Assembly (NCBI GenBank): GCA_964457585.1
Contig: CAYWFU010000003.1
Coordinates: 5,500-69,499, forward strand
DNA length: 64,000 bases
Direction of reading: 5' to 3'
Source: an uncultured bacterium
Lineage (GTDB): Bacteria; JACRDZ01
The first letter of the stretch is position 1. Every line of letters begins with the position of its first letter. Under the pieces are notes generated by a model. It had not been told where the DNA came from, did no database searches, and saw only the letters and a list, made by a program, of their open reading frames with translations. The translations under genes were made by a program, and so were the position numbers. Shown here piece by piece: positions 39,600-49,053 of the stretch.

Positions 39600-40604
39600 A
39601 TGCCAAGACAAGCAAGAATAGATTATCCTGGAACACTCCATCATGTAATCGGGCGGGGAATTGAAAGAAGCAGTATTTTCAAGGAAGAAAAAGATAAAAA
39701 GGAATTTCTTCGCCGGGTGAAATTAAATTTAGATAAAAGCAGCATGCAATGTTATGCCTGGTGCATAATGGATAACCATTTTCATTTGCTGCTCGTTACG
39801 GGAGAAACAAAATTATCCGAGTTTATGAGACGTCTTTTAACAGGATATGCTGTTTATTATAATAAAGTCCATAAAAGAGTTGGGCATCTTTTTGAGAACA
39901 GATATAAATCAATAGTATGTGACACAGATGAATATTTGTTACCATTAATAAGATACATACATTTAAATCCTGTAAAAGTCGGAGCAATTCAAATTGAAGA
40001 ATTATCTAAATATAAGTGGACAGGCTATAGTGAAATCGTCGGAAAGTTAGAGAAAAGTAATGTGATTGAAGTAAATGAAGTGTTAAGTTATTTTGGTAAA
40101 ACAAAAGAAAAAGCCGAAAGAGCATATGTTAAATTTGTTAATGAGGGGATTGGATTAAATGAAAATTTTGAAGGTGGTGGATTAATAAGAAGTGCCGGTG
40201 GATTGCAAGAGGCGCTGAAGAAAAATAAAGAAGATAAAGAGATGTTTGATGAAAGAATATTGGGAAGAGGTGGATTTGTCGAAGAAATTTTAAAAAAAAC
40301 AAAAAAAGAAGAAAAGAATAAATCAAAAATACAAGATATAAATAAAATTATTGATATCGTAGGAAAATATTATAAAAAAGACCGGAAAGAAATACTAAAC
40401 AGCCGGATACAAGGAGTGAGAGAAGCAAGGGATTTGATTATTTATCTAGGTTCAATTTATATAGGAAAAAGCTTAACAGAGCTTGGTGAAATGTTGGGGA
40501 TAAAAAGGGCTGCGGCAAGTATCGCAATGTATCGAGGAAAAAACTTGGTAAAAAAAGAAGGTGCAGCAGAGGATATATTAAACATTTTAAACAACGTCCC
40601 GTAA
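39600..40604 (+). CDS. IS200/IS605-type Y1 (HuH) transposase-like protein with a C-terminal DnaA-C-like HTH; RAYT-related
   Basis: N-terminal MPRQARIDYPGTLHHVIGRG…; HuH motif NHFHLLL; catalytic Tyr region (LTGYAVYYN). C-terminal …LTELGEMLGIKRAAASIAMYRGKN resembles the DnaA C-terminal HTH. Single gene without obvious flanking TIRs. Confidence 0.65.
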   Translation: MPRQARIDYPGTLHHVIGRGIERSSIFKEEKDKKEFLRRVKLNLDKSSMQCYAWCIMDNHFHLLLVTGETKLSEFMRRLLTGYAVYYNKVHKRVGHLFENRYKSIVCDTDEYLLPLIRYIHLNPVKVGAIQIEELSKYKWTGYSEIVGKLEKSNVIEVNEVLSYFGKTKEKAERAYVKFVNEGIGLNENFEGGGLIRSAGGLQEALKKNKEDKEMFDERILGRGGFVEEILKKTKKEEKNKSKIQDINKIIDIVGKYYKKDRKEILNSRIQGVREARDLIIYLGSIYIGKSLTELGEMLGIKRAAASIAMYRGKNLVKKEGAAEDILNILNNVP

Positions 40605-40621
40605 GCCGTAAGCTCCCCCCG

Positions 40622-43600
40622 CTATCTGCTGCTAACATGCGAAAGCCCCATCACATTCCCTGCTAAATCCTGTACTTTTGTAATTGAAAGATCTATTGGT
40701 TGAAGAAGTTTCCCGTATCTTGGAATAACAGGTGTAATATAAGTATCATTTTTTTTATTTGTTGTAGTAAAAGTCCCTTCTTCTGTCAAAAGAACATTTT
40801 CACCTTTCACATCGGATACAACAATTGATGGAATGAAATTATTATCTAAAGATTCATTAAATATTATCTTTATCTGTGCAGCAAGATTTATATCATCTTC
40901 AGGAAAAATCGATTTAACAATTACCGGTTGTGTTTTATCCAGATATACCTTAATATTTGAATTTTCTATTTTCCCATCTTTATATTTCACAGAAATATAA
41001 AGATATTTTTCACCTTGAGTACCTTTTAATGTATATCTGACTTTTTCTGAATATTTAGACCATTTACCGCTTTTATATCCGGAATCTTCACTTATTTTTA
41101 TTTCATCAGCATCCTTAATATTAAAAAGTAAAGTAATATCCTCTCTTTTAGTATAGTCACCTTCCTTAACTTTAATTTTTTTCTGACGCGGATCTTCTTC
41201 TCCTGCATAAAATAGTAGTTTACTGAAAGTATCCATTTTATTACCTGTTGGATCTATAACCTGATCCATAACAAAAATAATGGCTCCTTTCATACTTTCA
41301 TCTAAAATAATTTCAGGGGTAATATATGTATCATTTTTGTTCTTATCCGAGGCAAAAGTGCCTTCATTTGCTATTAAATAATTTAAATGACTGCTGCTCA
41401 TGAGTACTATAGCCGGTTTTTCAGACTTTACTTCCTCGCTAAAATGGATGGTAATATTAAATGGTTTATTAAATTCGACTTTAGGAGGAAAATCAAACGC
41501 AGTAATAACAGGTTTATTTCTATCGAGTGTAACTTCTACCCTTTGAGGTTTGGATATATTTTTATTTTCGTCTTCAAATTTAAAGTATATTTTTTTTACT
41601 CCATCTTCTTGTGATAAATTAAATTCAAGGTCAGATGCATAATCTTCCCATTTAGTATTTTTAAAATCTACATCTTCTGACAGCATCATTTTTAATGCTC
41701 CAACTACAGAAATTGAAAAATTGATTTTTGGATTACGTACAAAAAGCCCTTCTTTAACAGCAATTTGCGTGGCAACAGGAGCATAAGTATCGAAATTAAA
41801 GCTTTTTTTCATATCCAGTTCCATTTCATTTTTTGCAAGATCAATGGCATTTTTTACTATAATTGTGATTGCTCCGCCCATGCTTTCATCAAATATAACA
41901 GGAGGTGAAGCAAAAGTATCATTTGGGAAGCGGATTGTCATAAAGCTTCCTTCACCAGACATTTCAGGACTTTTTTCACCAGTACTTACCATGCTTATTT
42001 CAGGGAAATAAGTTGTATCAAGAGATTCGTTGAATTGGACTTTAATTTGAGAACTTTCCCCAACTTTAATTGGGCTTGGATAAAAATAATTTATTATTTT
42101 TGGCGGTATTTTGTCAATGAAAACTGTAATTTTCTGCACTTCTGAAATATAACCAATTTTATCGCGGAATTGTATATATATATCTTTTTCCCCTTCTCCG
42201 CTTGATAATTTAAATCCATGTTCTTTTTTCAAAATCTCCCATTTGGCATTTTTAAAATTTTTATCTTCACTTAAAATCATTTCAACATTTTTACGATCTT
42301 TTTGTTCGTCAAATAAAAGAATAATATCATTTTTAATTGTATAATTTCCTCCTTCAACCTTAACATGCGGTGAAGGCGGAACTATATCATATCGGAATAA
42401 ATTATTCATAGTAGTTGGATCCATTATATTACCTGCTGTATCTTTAACTTCTTCAACCAGTACAGAGATATATCCTTCAAGTTTTTCAGGTAAAATAATC
42501 GGTGAAGTTATATATGTATCATTCATTAGTGTTGTTGATGAAATATTTCCATCTGGTAAAGTTAATGTTTCTTTCGACATGTTTTTTAATGTTATTTTCG
42601 GTTTCACAGAAGTATTAATTGGTTCATTAAATAGGAGCTTTATTTTGAAAGGTTCTTTTATTTTTGGAATATTGTATATCTGGTTTATTATTCGCGGAGG
42701 AGTTTTATCCAGATTTACAGCAAATTGACTTGTTGCTGAAAGCACACCGCTTTTACTACGTGTACGAAAATAAATATTCTTTTTCCCTTCGGTGGAAGAT
42801 AGATTAATTTTTTTCTCATTAGAGAATGGTTCAAAATTTTTCCCTTGAAAATTTGGATCCTCACCAATAATCATATTATCAGCTTCAGGTGCTTTTATAA
42901 GCAAAGTAATCTCCTGATTTGAAATATAATCACCTTCCTTAACTAAAAGAGCAGTATTCAAAATAAATTTACCCACAAAAATTTTATCCATTTTATTTCC
43001 GGTCAGGTCAAGAACGTTTTCAATATAAATTTCAATTTCCCCTGTCATATTTTCATCAAGAGTAATATCAGGAGTAATATATGTATCATTTTCTGCTCTG
43101 ACAAAAGAAAATCTGCCAGGCGCAATCTCTATCTCGTTTCCCTTTTCTTTTTCTTCTTCTTTCTGCCTTTTGCCTTCTGCCTTCTGCCTTTTGTTCACCA
43201 GAGTTACCTTTGGCAATATAAAAGGATTGCATGGTTCACTGAATATAAATGAAATTTGGAAATGAGTTGTAATATTTGCAGGATTTTGATATTCAGATGT
43301 TAACAATATTGGAGGTATTGTATCTGTTACAATACTCAAATTCCTTAAGACAACGGGTGATTCCATGATTGGTGCAAGAATTAATTTTCCTAAAGCATTG
43401 TCGTCAAAGTAATCATAAACAAATTTACTGATTATTACAGTATTCAATACTCCCCACCAGTTTTTAGAAACATCCAGATTTTGGTCGAATTTTGATAATT
43501 TAAAAGCATATTCTTTATTATTTAATATATTATTATTTTTTACAAGAAACGGACTATAAAATTCTTCACAATAAATACCCGTCATGTTTTCAGTGATATT

Positions 43601-45430
43601 ATTTTTAAATATCATAGGAGACGATCTATTTATATAAATACCATATTCAACATTTTGAGAAATATCATTATCGGAGATTGGCGGAGAAGACATTTCAATA
43701 CATTTTATACCGATTTGTGTATTTTTTATTATGCTATTGTTTGTAATTTTTGGAGATGATACACTTTCGCATTGTATCCCAATTTCATTAAATGAAAAGT
43801 AGCTGTTATTTATTTCAGGACTTGAAAAATTGATTGCAATTACTCCAACATTATTTTTCCGAAATTCACAAAAAGAGATATCGGGATTAGAATGATTATT
43901 GCAGATTAAACCTGAAATATTATTTTCAAATCTGGCATTTTCGATTTTAGCATTTGAACCAATAAGAACAAGCCCGCGATTGGCATTTTCAATATTAATA
44001 TATTTTAAAGAATTTTCTTCTGAATTTAAAATTTCTATCCCTTCCCAATCACCGGATTTTGGTTTTACGGAATTTGAATTGAAAGATATCTTATCCTCTT
44101 CCGTACCATTGGCAATTAGTTTCCCAAGAACTGAAATTTTAATATTTTTTTGACTTGTTGCATCAACCCAGAATTGCGTTCCCTGTTCAATCTGGAGTGT
44201 TGCGTCTGGTTCTATTTTAAAAGATTTTTGAATAAGGAATGGGCCCATGCTTTGCGTTAAAATCACATTTTGTTTAATATCTTTATTCAGAATAGCATTA
44301 TACTGTATAGGGATAAAATTAATTTTTACTGTAAATACTTCTGATTCAGCATTAAATGAATTTTTAAATTTAAGATAAAGAGTTTTAATTCCGGCTTTGC
44401 TGCTTAAAATAAAATTTTTTTTATCCTGATATTGTTCCCATTTAGCACCTGTAAAATCAGCATTTTCACTGATAATCATCTTAGTAGCTTGAGGAACAGT
44501 TATATTTAAATTTATATTTATAATTCTTGTAATTTCTCCTTCTTCTATATAAACAGGATTTTTATTTTTAATATAAAATAAGTCTGGATTAATAAAAAAT
44601 GTTTCTTTATCTTCGCGATCAATAATATTACCATTCAAACCGCGTGCATTTTCAATTATTATACGTGTAGCGCCTTTCATTTCTCTGGTTATTTTTAGCG
44701 GAGGGGTAAGTAAAGTATCATTATTAATGTATGTTGAATTGTATTCAATAAAATTGTAAGTAACTGTAAAATTATCTTTGTTTTCAACAGTAATCAACTT
44801 ATCTCCGGGATCTACCCATCTGCCAAATTCTATTTCTCCTAAAAATACTCCCGGATGCGTAATAAGTTCTTTAAGAGTATAGAATTCCCCTTCCGGTTCA
44901 TTTGCTGAAGAAGCTTTAATAATAATTTCATCATTGCCTGCGCCTGGTATTTTATTTTTACCGGAATCTTTTATAAGAATTTGCGGTTTAGATTCATATC
45001 CAAAATATTCTTTTGAATTCATCAATATCTCACCTTGCTTAATATCATTAAAAACTTGCTGTTCAAAAAGCGGAACCTGTTCAAAACGTCCAAAAAAATT
45101 TCCCTGGGCAGAGATCTGGGTTTCCAGCACAATAGTTTTTTGAGCACTGGTAACAATATATATAAAAGGAGCTACATTATTATCCATTGGCTGGTCAAAG
45201 ATAATTTTCATCTGGAATTCATCAGTTAAAGTAACGGGTTTTTGATATTCATAAGCAATAATCTTAGGTTTACGCGTATCAACTGTAACAATAAGTTCAT
45301 CAGATGAGCCGCTTTTTCCATCCATATTAGTTGCAAGAACTCTTATTATATTTTTGCCATCTATAAATACTACCTGTTCAGTAAATTGTCCATCTAATAC
45401 TGATATCACATTTGGTTTTCCATTTATCAA
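40622..45430 (-). CDS. Giant (1602 aa) repetitive surface/extracellular protein: right-handed parallel beta-helix repeats plus five or more tandem ~110-aa Ig-like modules
   Basis: Beta-helix repeats (NNSIIKNTQIGIKC…NDISQNVEYGIYI…NNITENMTGIYC…). Recurring module V(K/A)EGDY…ITLL(I/F)KA.DAD…SED..FKN.KWE.Y…F.LS…GEK.IY..F(R/K)D..G..S…V..D(K/R).(P/K)P.I. Immediately downstream of, and co-directional with, the 761-aa cytochrome gene. No clear N-terminal signal peptide at the annotated Met. Confidence 0.6.
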   Translation of the reverse strand: MINGKPNVISVLDGQFTEQVVFIDGKNIIRVLATNMDGKSGSSDELIVTVDTRKPKIIAYEYQKPVTLTDEFQMKIIFDQPMDNNVAPFIYIVTSAQKTIVLETQISAQGNFFGRFEQVPLFEQQVFNDIKQGEILMNSKEYFGYESKPQILIKDSGKNKIPGAGNDEIIIKASSANEPEGEFYTLKELITHPGVFLGEIEFGRWVDPGDKLITVENKDNFTVTYNFIEYNSTYINNDTLLTPPLKITREMKGATRIIIENARGLNGNIIDREDKETFFINPDLFYIKNKNPVYIEEGEITRIININLNITVPQATKMIISENADFTGAKWEQYQDKKNFILSSKAGIKTLYLKFKNSFNAESEVFTVKINFIPIQYNAILNKDIKQNVILTQSMGPFLIQKSFKIEPDATLQIEQGTQFWVDATSQKNIKISVLGKLIANGTEEDKISFNSNSVKPKSGDWEGIEILNSEENSLKYINIENANRGLVLIGSNAKIENARFENNISGLICNNHSNPDISFCEFRKNNVGVIAINFSSPEINNSYFSFNEIGIQCESVSSPKITNNSIIKNTQIGIKCIEMSSPPISDNDISQNVEYGIYINRSSPMIFKNNITENMTGIYCEEFYSPFLVKNNNILNNKEYAFKLSKFDQNLDVSKNWWGVLNTVIISKFVYDYFDDNALGKLILAPIMESPVVLRNLSIVTDTIPPILLTSEYQNPANITTHFQISFIFSEPCNPFILPKVTLVNKRQKAEGKRQKEEEKEKGNEIEIAPGRFSFVRAENDTYITPDITLDENMTGEIEIYIENVLDLTGNKMDKIFVGKFILNTALLVKEGDYISNQEITLLIKAPEADNMIIGEDPNFQGKNFEPFSNEKKINLSSTEGKKNIYFRTRSKSGVLSATSQFAVNLDKTPPRIINQIYNIPKIKEPFKIKLLFNEPINTSVKPKITLKNMSKETLTLPDGNISSTTLMNDTYITSPIILPEKLEGYISVLVEEVKDTAGNIMDPTTMNNLFRYDIVPPSPHVKVEGGNYTIKNDIILLFDEQKDRKNVEMILSEDKNFKNAKWEILKKEHGFKLSSGEGEKDIYIQFRDKIGYISEVQKITVFIDKIPPKIINYFYPSPIKVGESSQIKVQFNESLDTTYFPEISMVSTGEKSPEMSGEGSFMTIRFPNDTFASPPVIFDESMGGAITIIVKNAIDLAKNEMELDMKKSFNFDTYAPVATQIAVKEGLFVRNPKINFSISVVGALKMMLSEDVDFKNTKWEDYASDLEFNLSQEDGVKKIYFKFEDENKNISKPQRVEVTLDRNKPVITAFDFPPKVEFNKPFNITIHFSEEVKSEKPAIVLMSSSHLNYLIANEGTFASDKNKNDTYITPEIILDESMKGAIIFVMDQVIDPTGNKMDTFSKLLFYAGEEDPRQKKIKVKEGDYTKREDITLLFNIKDADEIKISEDSGYKSGKWSKYSEKVRYTLKGTQGEKYLYISVKYKDGKIENSNIKVYLDKTQPVIVKSIFPEDDINLAAQIKIIFNESLDNNFIPSIVVSDVKGENVLLTEEGTFTTTNKKNDTYITPVIPRYGKLLQPIDLSITKVQDLAGNVMGLSHVSSR
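43158..43195. repeat. Heptanucleotide tandem repeat (CTGCCTT x ~5; coding-strand AAGGCAG) inside the giant surface-protein gene
   Basis: Read directly: ctttctgcc ttttgcc ttctgcc ttctgcc ttttgtt. Encodes KRQKAEGKRQKEEEKEK. Same GAAGRCA-type unit as the dciA-like repeat. Confidence 0.6.
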
Positions 45431-45478
45431 TACCAGAGCTCTTGTTAATGATTGGTCATCAATGTTACCTGAACTAAT

Positions 45479-47764
45479 TTATTCATATTTTGTTAAAACA
45501 GCATTTTTTTTAGGTGATGTGATTTCTATTTTTGGACCGCTGGAAGATATAATAAAAGTAGTATCACTTTTTTCATCATCCAAATGAATATAAGCAGATT
45601 TTTTTCCTTCCTCTTCCTTTTTTTCTTTATCACGTATCATTTTAATATTTAATTCTCTTAGATGACAGGCTTCACATAATTGTTTTTCATCATTTTTAAT
45701 ACGTAAAAAACTATTTAGATTATCACCCTCAGCAATTTCCCTGTTTTTTGGTTCTTCAGGATCCCATTGGTGCACATCATGACAGGTTGCGCAGCTAACA
45801 TAATCCCAGAAACCGATATTTCCATCAATATCGTATAATGCCATAAAAGTTGGAGGAGGTGTGAGTTCTATATTACTTGGAGGAAATAATTTAGTTGAGT
45901 GATGTGCTGATAGTACTTTGGTACTTGCAGCACCTCCGGGACGATGGCAGAAATTACAGGATTTGGTAATATTATCTAAATTTTCCTGACGTGCAATATT
46001 TAATGTGAAAAGATATACAATTTCAGCATTATGCGGTGAATGACAGGCAGAACACGGTCCTGATAAAGAGACTTTTTCTCCTTTTAGATTAACGTAATTT
46101 GGATAGTTTAAAAATAAATCATGTTTGGTTTTTAATATTGTTTCTTTATCTTTATGACAATCTAAACATAATTCTGAATTGCTATTGGTCATATTCAAAA
46201 AACTATTTGTTCCATCACCTGTAATTGATCCGCTGAGTGAGATATTTAATAGCTGAAGATTAAATACAATATCTCCCTTTTTTATTTTTTCAATATTTTC
46301 TTCGGAAATAATTAAAGCAAAGATTTCTGATTCCTTGGCAAAAGGATTATAATTTAATACTTTTATTTTACCAATAATTTCACCATCTGCAAAAATAGAT
46401 AAAAGATTATCCTTTTTTACTTCTATTTTCATATTTTGATGGTCAACATATACATTTTTTCCTTTAATAAATATAATTTCTCCAATAGTCCCATTCTGGA
46501 GCATAGTTTTGTCTAATTTTATTTTTTCTTTTTTTACTTCACGTCCTAATTTTGACTTATCGGGTGACCATTGATGAACATTATGGCATGTGGTGCACTT
46601 TATCATTCCTTTACTTGATATTTTTCCATCTCTGCCAAAAAGAGGAAGGCTTGTAGTCATTTTCCATGAAGCTAATGCCAGATTTATAGGATGATAATTA
46701 TTCCCAATTAATTTTTTTTCAGCTATTTTACCTGATATATGACAACTGGTGCATTTTTTTGCTATAGTATCATCCTCAGGACCATATTCTCTGGCAAAAT
46801 TTTCTTTATCCTTCGCATTATGTACCAGATGACACGCGGAACATTGACCTGAATCGCCTGAAGATTTACCCCTGATATTTTTTTCATTAAAAGCTATTTC
46901 AAACATATCATGCGGACTGCCAATTATAAATCCCTGTGTTTTATGACAATTTACACATAAAGCAGAATTTAGCTGGTTGTTTATTCTTAAAAAACTGTTT
47001 TTTCCAATTCCATCTTCATTTTTATTTATTCCTGGTTTTTTTTCATCAGGAGACCATATATGAATATTATGACATGTTGCGCAGTTTATTTTTCCTTCAT
47101 ATTTTGGTTTACCATCGTCATCATAAAGCGGAAGAGTAGTAGTCAATCCCTTTTTTAACACTTCAATATTTAATGGATGGGAAAAATTATTCAAATTTTT
47201 AGATTTAGCGCAGCCGTTTTCATTATGACAGCTTTTACATAGCATTGTTAATATGTCTTCTGCAATATAAAAATTTTTAGCCCATAATTTTACCGTCTGG
47301 CCATTGTGCGCCAGATGACATGAAGAACATGGCCCCATTTTTCCTGTTGTCTGTTCTAAAATATTTTTTTCATCTGGAGCTGTAACTTTCATATCATGAT
47401 CTGTCCCAATAACAAATTTTTTATCATCATGACAGTTCACACAAAGAGAAGAAACGGGTAAATTAGGAATACGGAGCAAAAAAGTATAAGTTGTATCCTG
47501 CTTTTTTTGTCGTGCATAAGGATCATCAGTATGATATTTATGACAGGTTAAGCATGTAATTTTATCATCAAATAAAGGAAGAGTTGTGCGAAGTCCTGAG
47601 TCCTTCATTGAAATATTTACAGGATGCATCGTATATTTAGATGCAAAATGGCATGCATTGCAGGCAAGAGATGTATCATAATCAGCAGATGCAGCAGAAA
47701 AAATTTTTATTGAAAATATAGTTAGAAATATTAAAATTAGTGTTATTCTGTAATAAGAAATCAT
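45479..47764 (-). CDS. Multiheme c-type cytochrome, 15 CxxCH sites, secreted
   Basis: Signal peptide MISYYRITLILIFLTIFSIKIFSA. Manual count of 15 CxxCH motifs (CNACH, CLTCH, CVNCH, CSSCH, CKSCH, CATCH, CVNCH, CSACH, CTSCH, CTTCH, CLDCH, CSACH, CNFCH, CATCH, CEACH). Many are followed by a distal His (CxxCHxxH). Confidence 0.85.
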   Translation of the reverse strand: MISYYRITLILIFLTIFSIKIFSAASADYDTSLACNACHFASKYTMHPVNISMKDSGLRTTLPLFDDKITCLTCHKYHTDDPYARQKKQDTTYTFLLRIPNLPVSSLCVNCHDDKKFVIGTDHDMKVTAPDEKNILEQTTGKMGPCSSCHLAHNGQTVKLWAKNFYIAEDILTMLCKSCHNENGCAKSKNLNNFSHPLNIEVLKKGLTTTLPLYDDDGKPKYEGKINCATCHNIHIWSPDEKKPGINKNEDGIGKNSFLRINNQLNSALCVNCHKTQGFIIGSPHDMFEIAFNEKNIRGKSSGDSGQCSACHLVHNAKDKENFAREYGPEDDTIAKKCTSCHISGKIAEKKLIGNNYHPINLALASWKMTTSLPLFGRDGKISSKGMIKCTTCHNVHQWSPDKSKLGREVKKEKIKLDKTMLQNGTIGEIIFIKGKNVYVDHQNMKIEVKKDNLLSIFADGEIIGKIKVLNYNPFAKESEIFALIISEENIEKIKKGDIVFNLQLLNISLSGSITGDGTNSFLNMTNSNSELCLDCHKDKETILKTKHDLFLNYPNYVNLKGEKVSLSGPCSACHSPHNAEIVYLFTLNIARQENLDNITKSCNFCHRPGGAASTKVLSAHHSTKLFPPSNIELTPPPTFMALYDIDGNIGFWDYVSCATCHDVHQWDPEEPKNREIAEGDNLNSFLRIKNDEKQLCEACHLRELNIKMIRDKEKKEEEGKKSAYIHLDDEKSDTTFIISSSGPKIEITSPKKNAVLTKYE

Positions 47765-47865
47765 AATAATTCCTTTTTTATAATTATTTATATATTAAGA
47801 TAATAACAAATTTACCGATAATTATGCAAGTTAATAAAAATATATAATTTTAAAATAAAATTCCC

Positions 47866-47895
47866 TTGACTTTTTAAGTTGAAAATATATATAAT
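47866..47895 (+). promoter_or_regulatory. Putative sigma70-type promoter TTGACT-N18-TATAAT for the NHL/cytochrome operon
   Basis: Hexamers read directly in the divergent intergenic region. Would place the palindrome at about +60 to +90 of the leader. Confidence 0.35.
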
Positions 47896-47960
47896 ATATA
47901 TAATATAAAAAAATTATTAATTGAAACCTTTTAATAGAAAATAAAGTATACTAAAATATA

Positions 47961-47988
47961 GTAGAGACGCAAAATTTTGCGTCTCTAC
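47961..47988. promoter_or_regulatory. Perfect 28-bp palindrome GTAGAGACGCAAAATTTTGCGTCTCTAC, 16 nt upstream of the NHL-protein ATG (copy 2 of 2)
   Basis: Perfect dyad (14+14). Followed by RBS GAGGGAG and the ATG at 48005. Same sequence (1 mismatch) at 34758-34785. Confidence 0.6.
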
Positions 47989-48004
47989 AGTATGAGGGAG
48001 AATA

Positions 48005-49036
48005 ATGGACAAAACTCTTAAAGATTTTTTAATATGTTGTTTTTTTTTATTATTTTCAACTTTAATATATTCTGCTGAAGAAAAAAAAGGAACATCAAAT
48101 CCCCCGCCGCATGTGCTTTATACTATCCCTTCTGATAAATTTAGACTTGAAAAAAAATTAAGTCGTCCAACCGGTGTTACTGTTTTTAATGGTGATATAT
48201 ATATATCAGATTCATTAAATAACAGGATTGTTGCATTTAATGACATGGGGGAACTTCTTTTTATTATTGGTAAAAAAGGCAGTGGACAGTGTGAGTTTCA
48301 AACCCCATCAGGTATTATTGCTGATGAAGAAAATATTTATGTGGTTGATACTTATAATTCCAGAATTCAGATTTTAGACAGAAAATACGGAGATTATAAA
48401 TATGAAATAAATTTTAGGGAAAAAGTAAGTGAGGAAGATCAGGATAAAAAGAAATTAGAAAAAGAAGAACCTGCTGAGAAAAAAATAGGTGGAGAAGAAT
48501 TGGTAGTTCAAAAGTCAGTCCCTGTTCCTATTGATTTTGAAATGGATACAAAAGGTAAAATATATGTAACTTTTAAACGAAATAGTACAGTCAGAGTATA
48601 TGATAAAAAAGGAAATTTTAAATATAAATTTGGTAAACCCGGGCAGAATGATGGAGAATTTTCAATAGCTACCTCAATAGCAGCAAACAATATTACCAGT
48701 GAAGTTGAAACAAAAATATATATAGTTGATACAATGAACTATCGTGTGCAGATTTTTAATGAAAGCGGTAAATTTTTGAATAAATTTGGCCGTCATTCAG
48801 ATGAAATGGATGGTTTTTTAATGCCAAGTTTAATCAGTTTAGATAACAATAGCAGAGTTTATGTTTATGATCGGGCTAAAGGTAAAATTCTCGTATACGA
48901 TAAAGATAGAAAATATCTATTCTATTTTGGTCGTAGTGAAAAGCTTGCTTTTGCTGAAGATCTTTTTATAGACCGCGATAATACTATTTACGTGGCAGAT
49001 ACATTAAATAATCGTATTGTAGTGTATGGGTATTAA
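48005..49036 (+). CDS. NHL-repeat six-bladed beta-propeller protein, secreted
   Basis: Signal peptide. Repeated NHL signatures (…SDSLNNRIVAF…, …DTYNSRIQIL…, …DTMNYRVQIF…, …DTLNNRIVVY…). Confidence 0.8.
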   Translation: MDKTLKDFLICCFFLLFSTLIYSAEEKKGTSNPPPHVLYTIPSDKFRLEKKLSRPTGVTVFNGDIYISDSLNNRIVAFNDMGELLFIIGKKGSGQCEFQTPSGIIADEENIYVVDTYNSRIQILDRKYGDYKYEINFREKVSEEDQDKKKLEKEEPAEKKIGGEELVVQKSVPVPIDFEMDTKGKIYVTFKRNSTVRVYDKKGNFKYKFGKPGQNDGEFSIATSIAANNITSEVETKIYIVDTMNYRVQIFNESGKFLNKFGRHSDEMDGFLMPSLISLDNNSRVYVYDRAKGKILVYDKDRKYLFYFGRSEKLAFAEDLFIDRDNTIYVADTLNNRIVVYGY

Positions 49037-49053
49037 ATAAAAGAGGATAGAGG

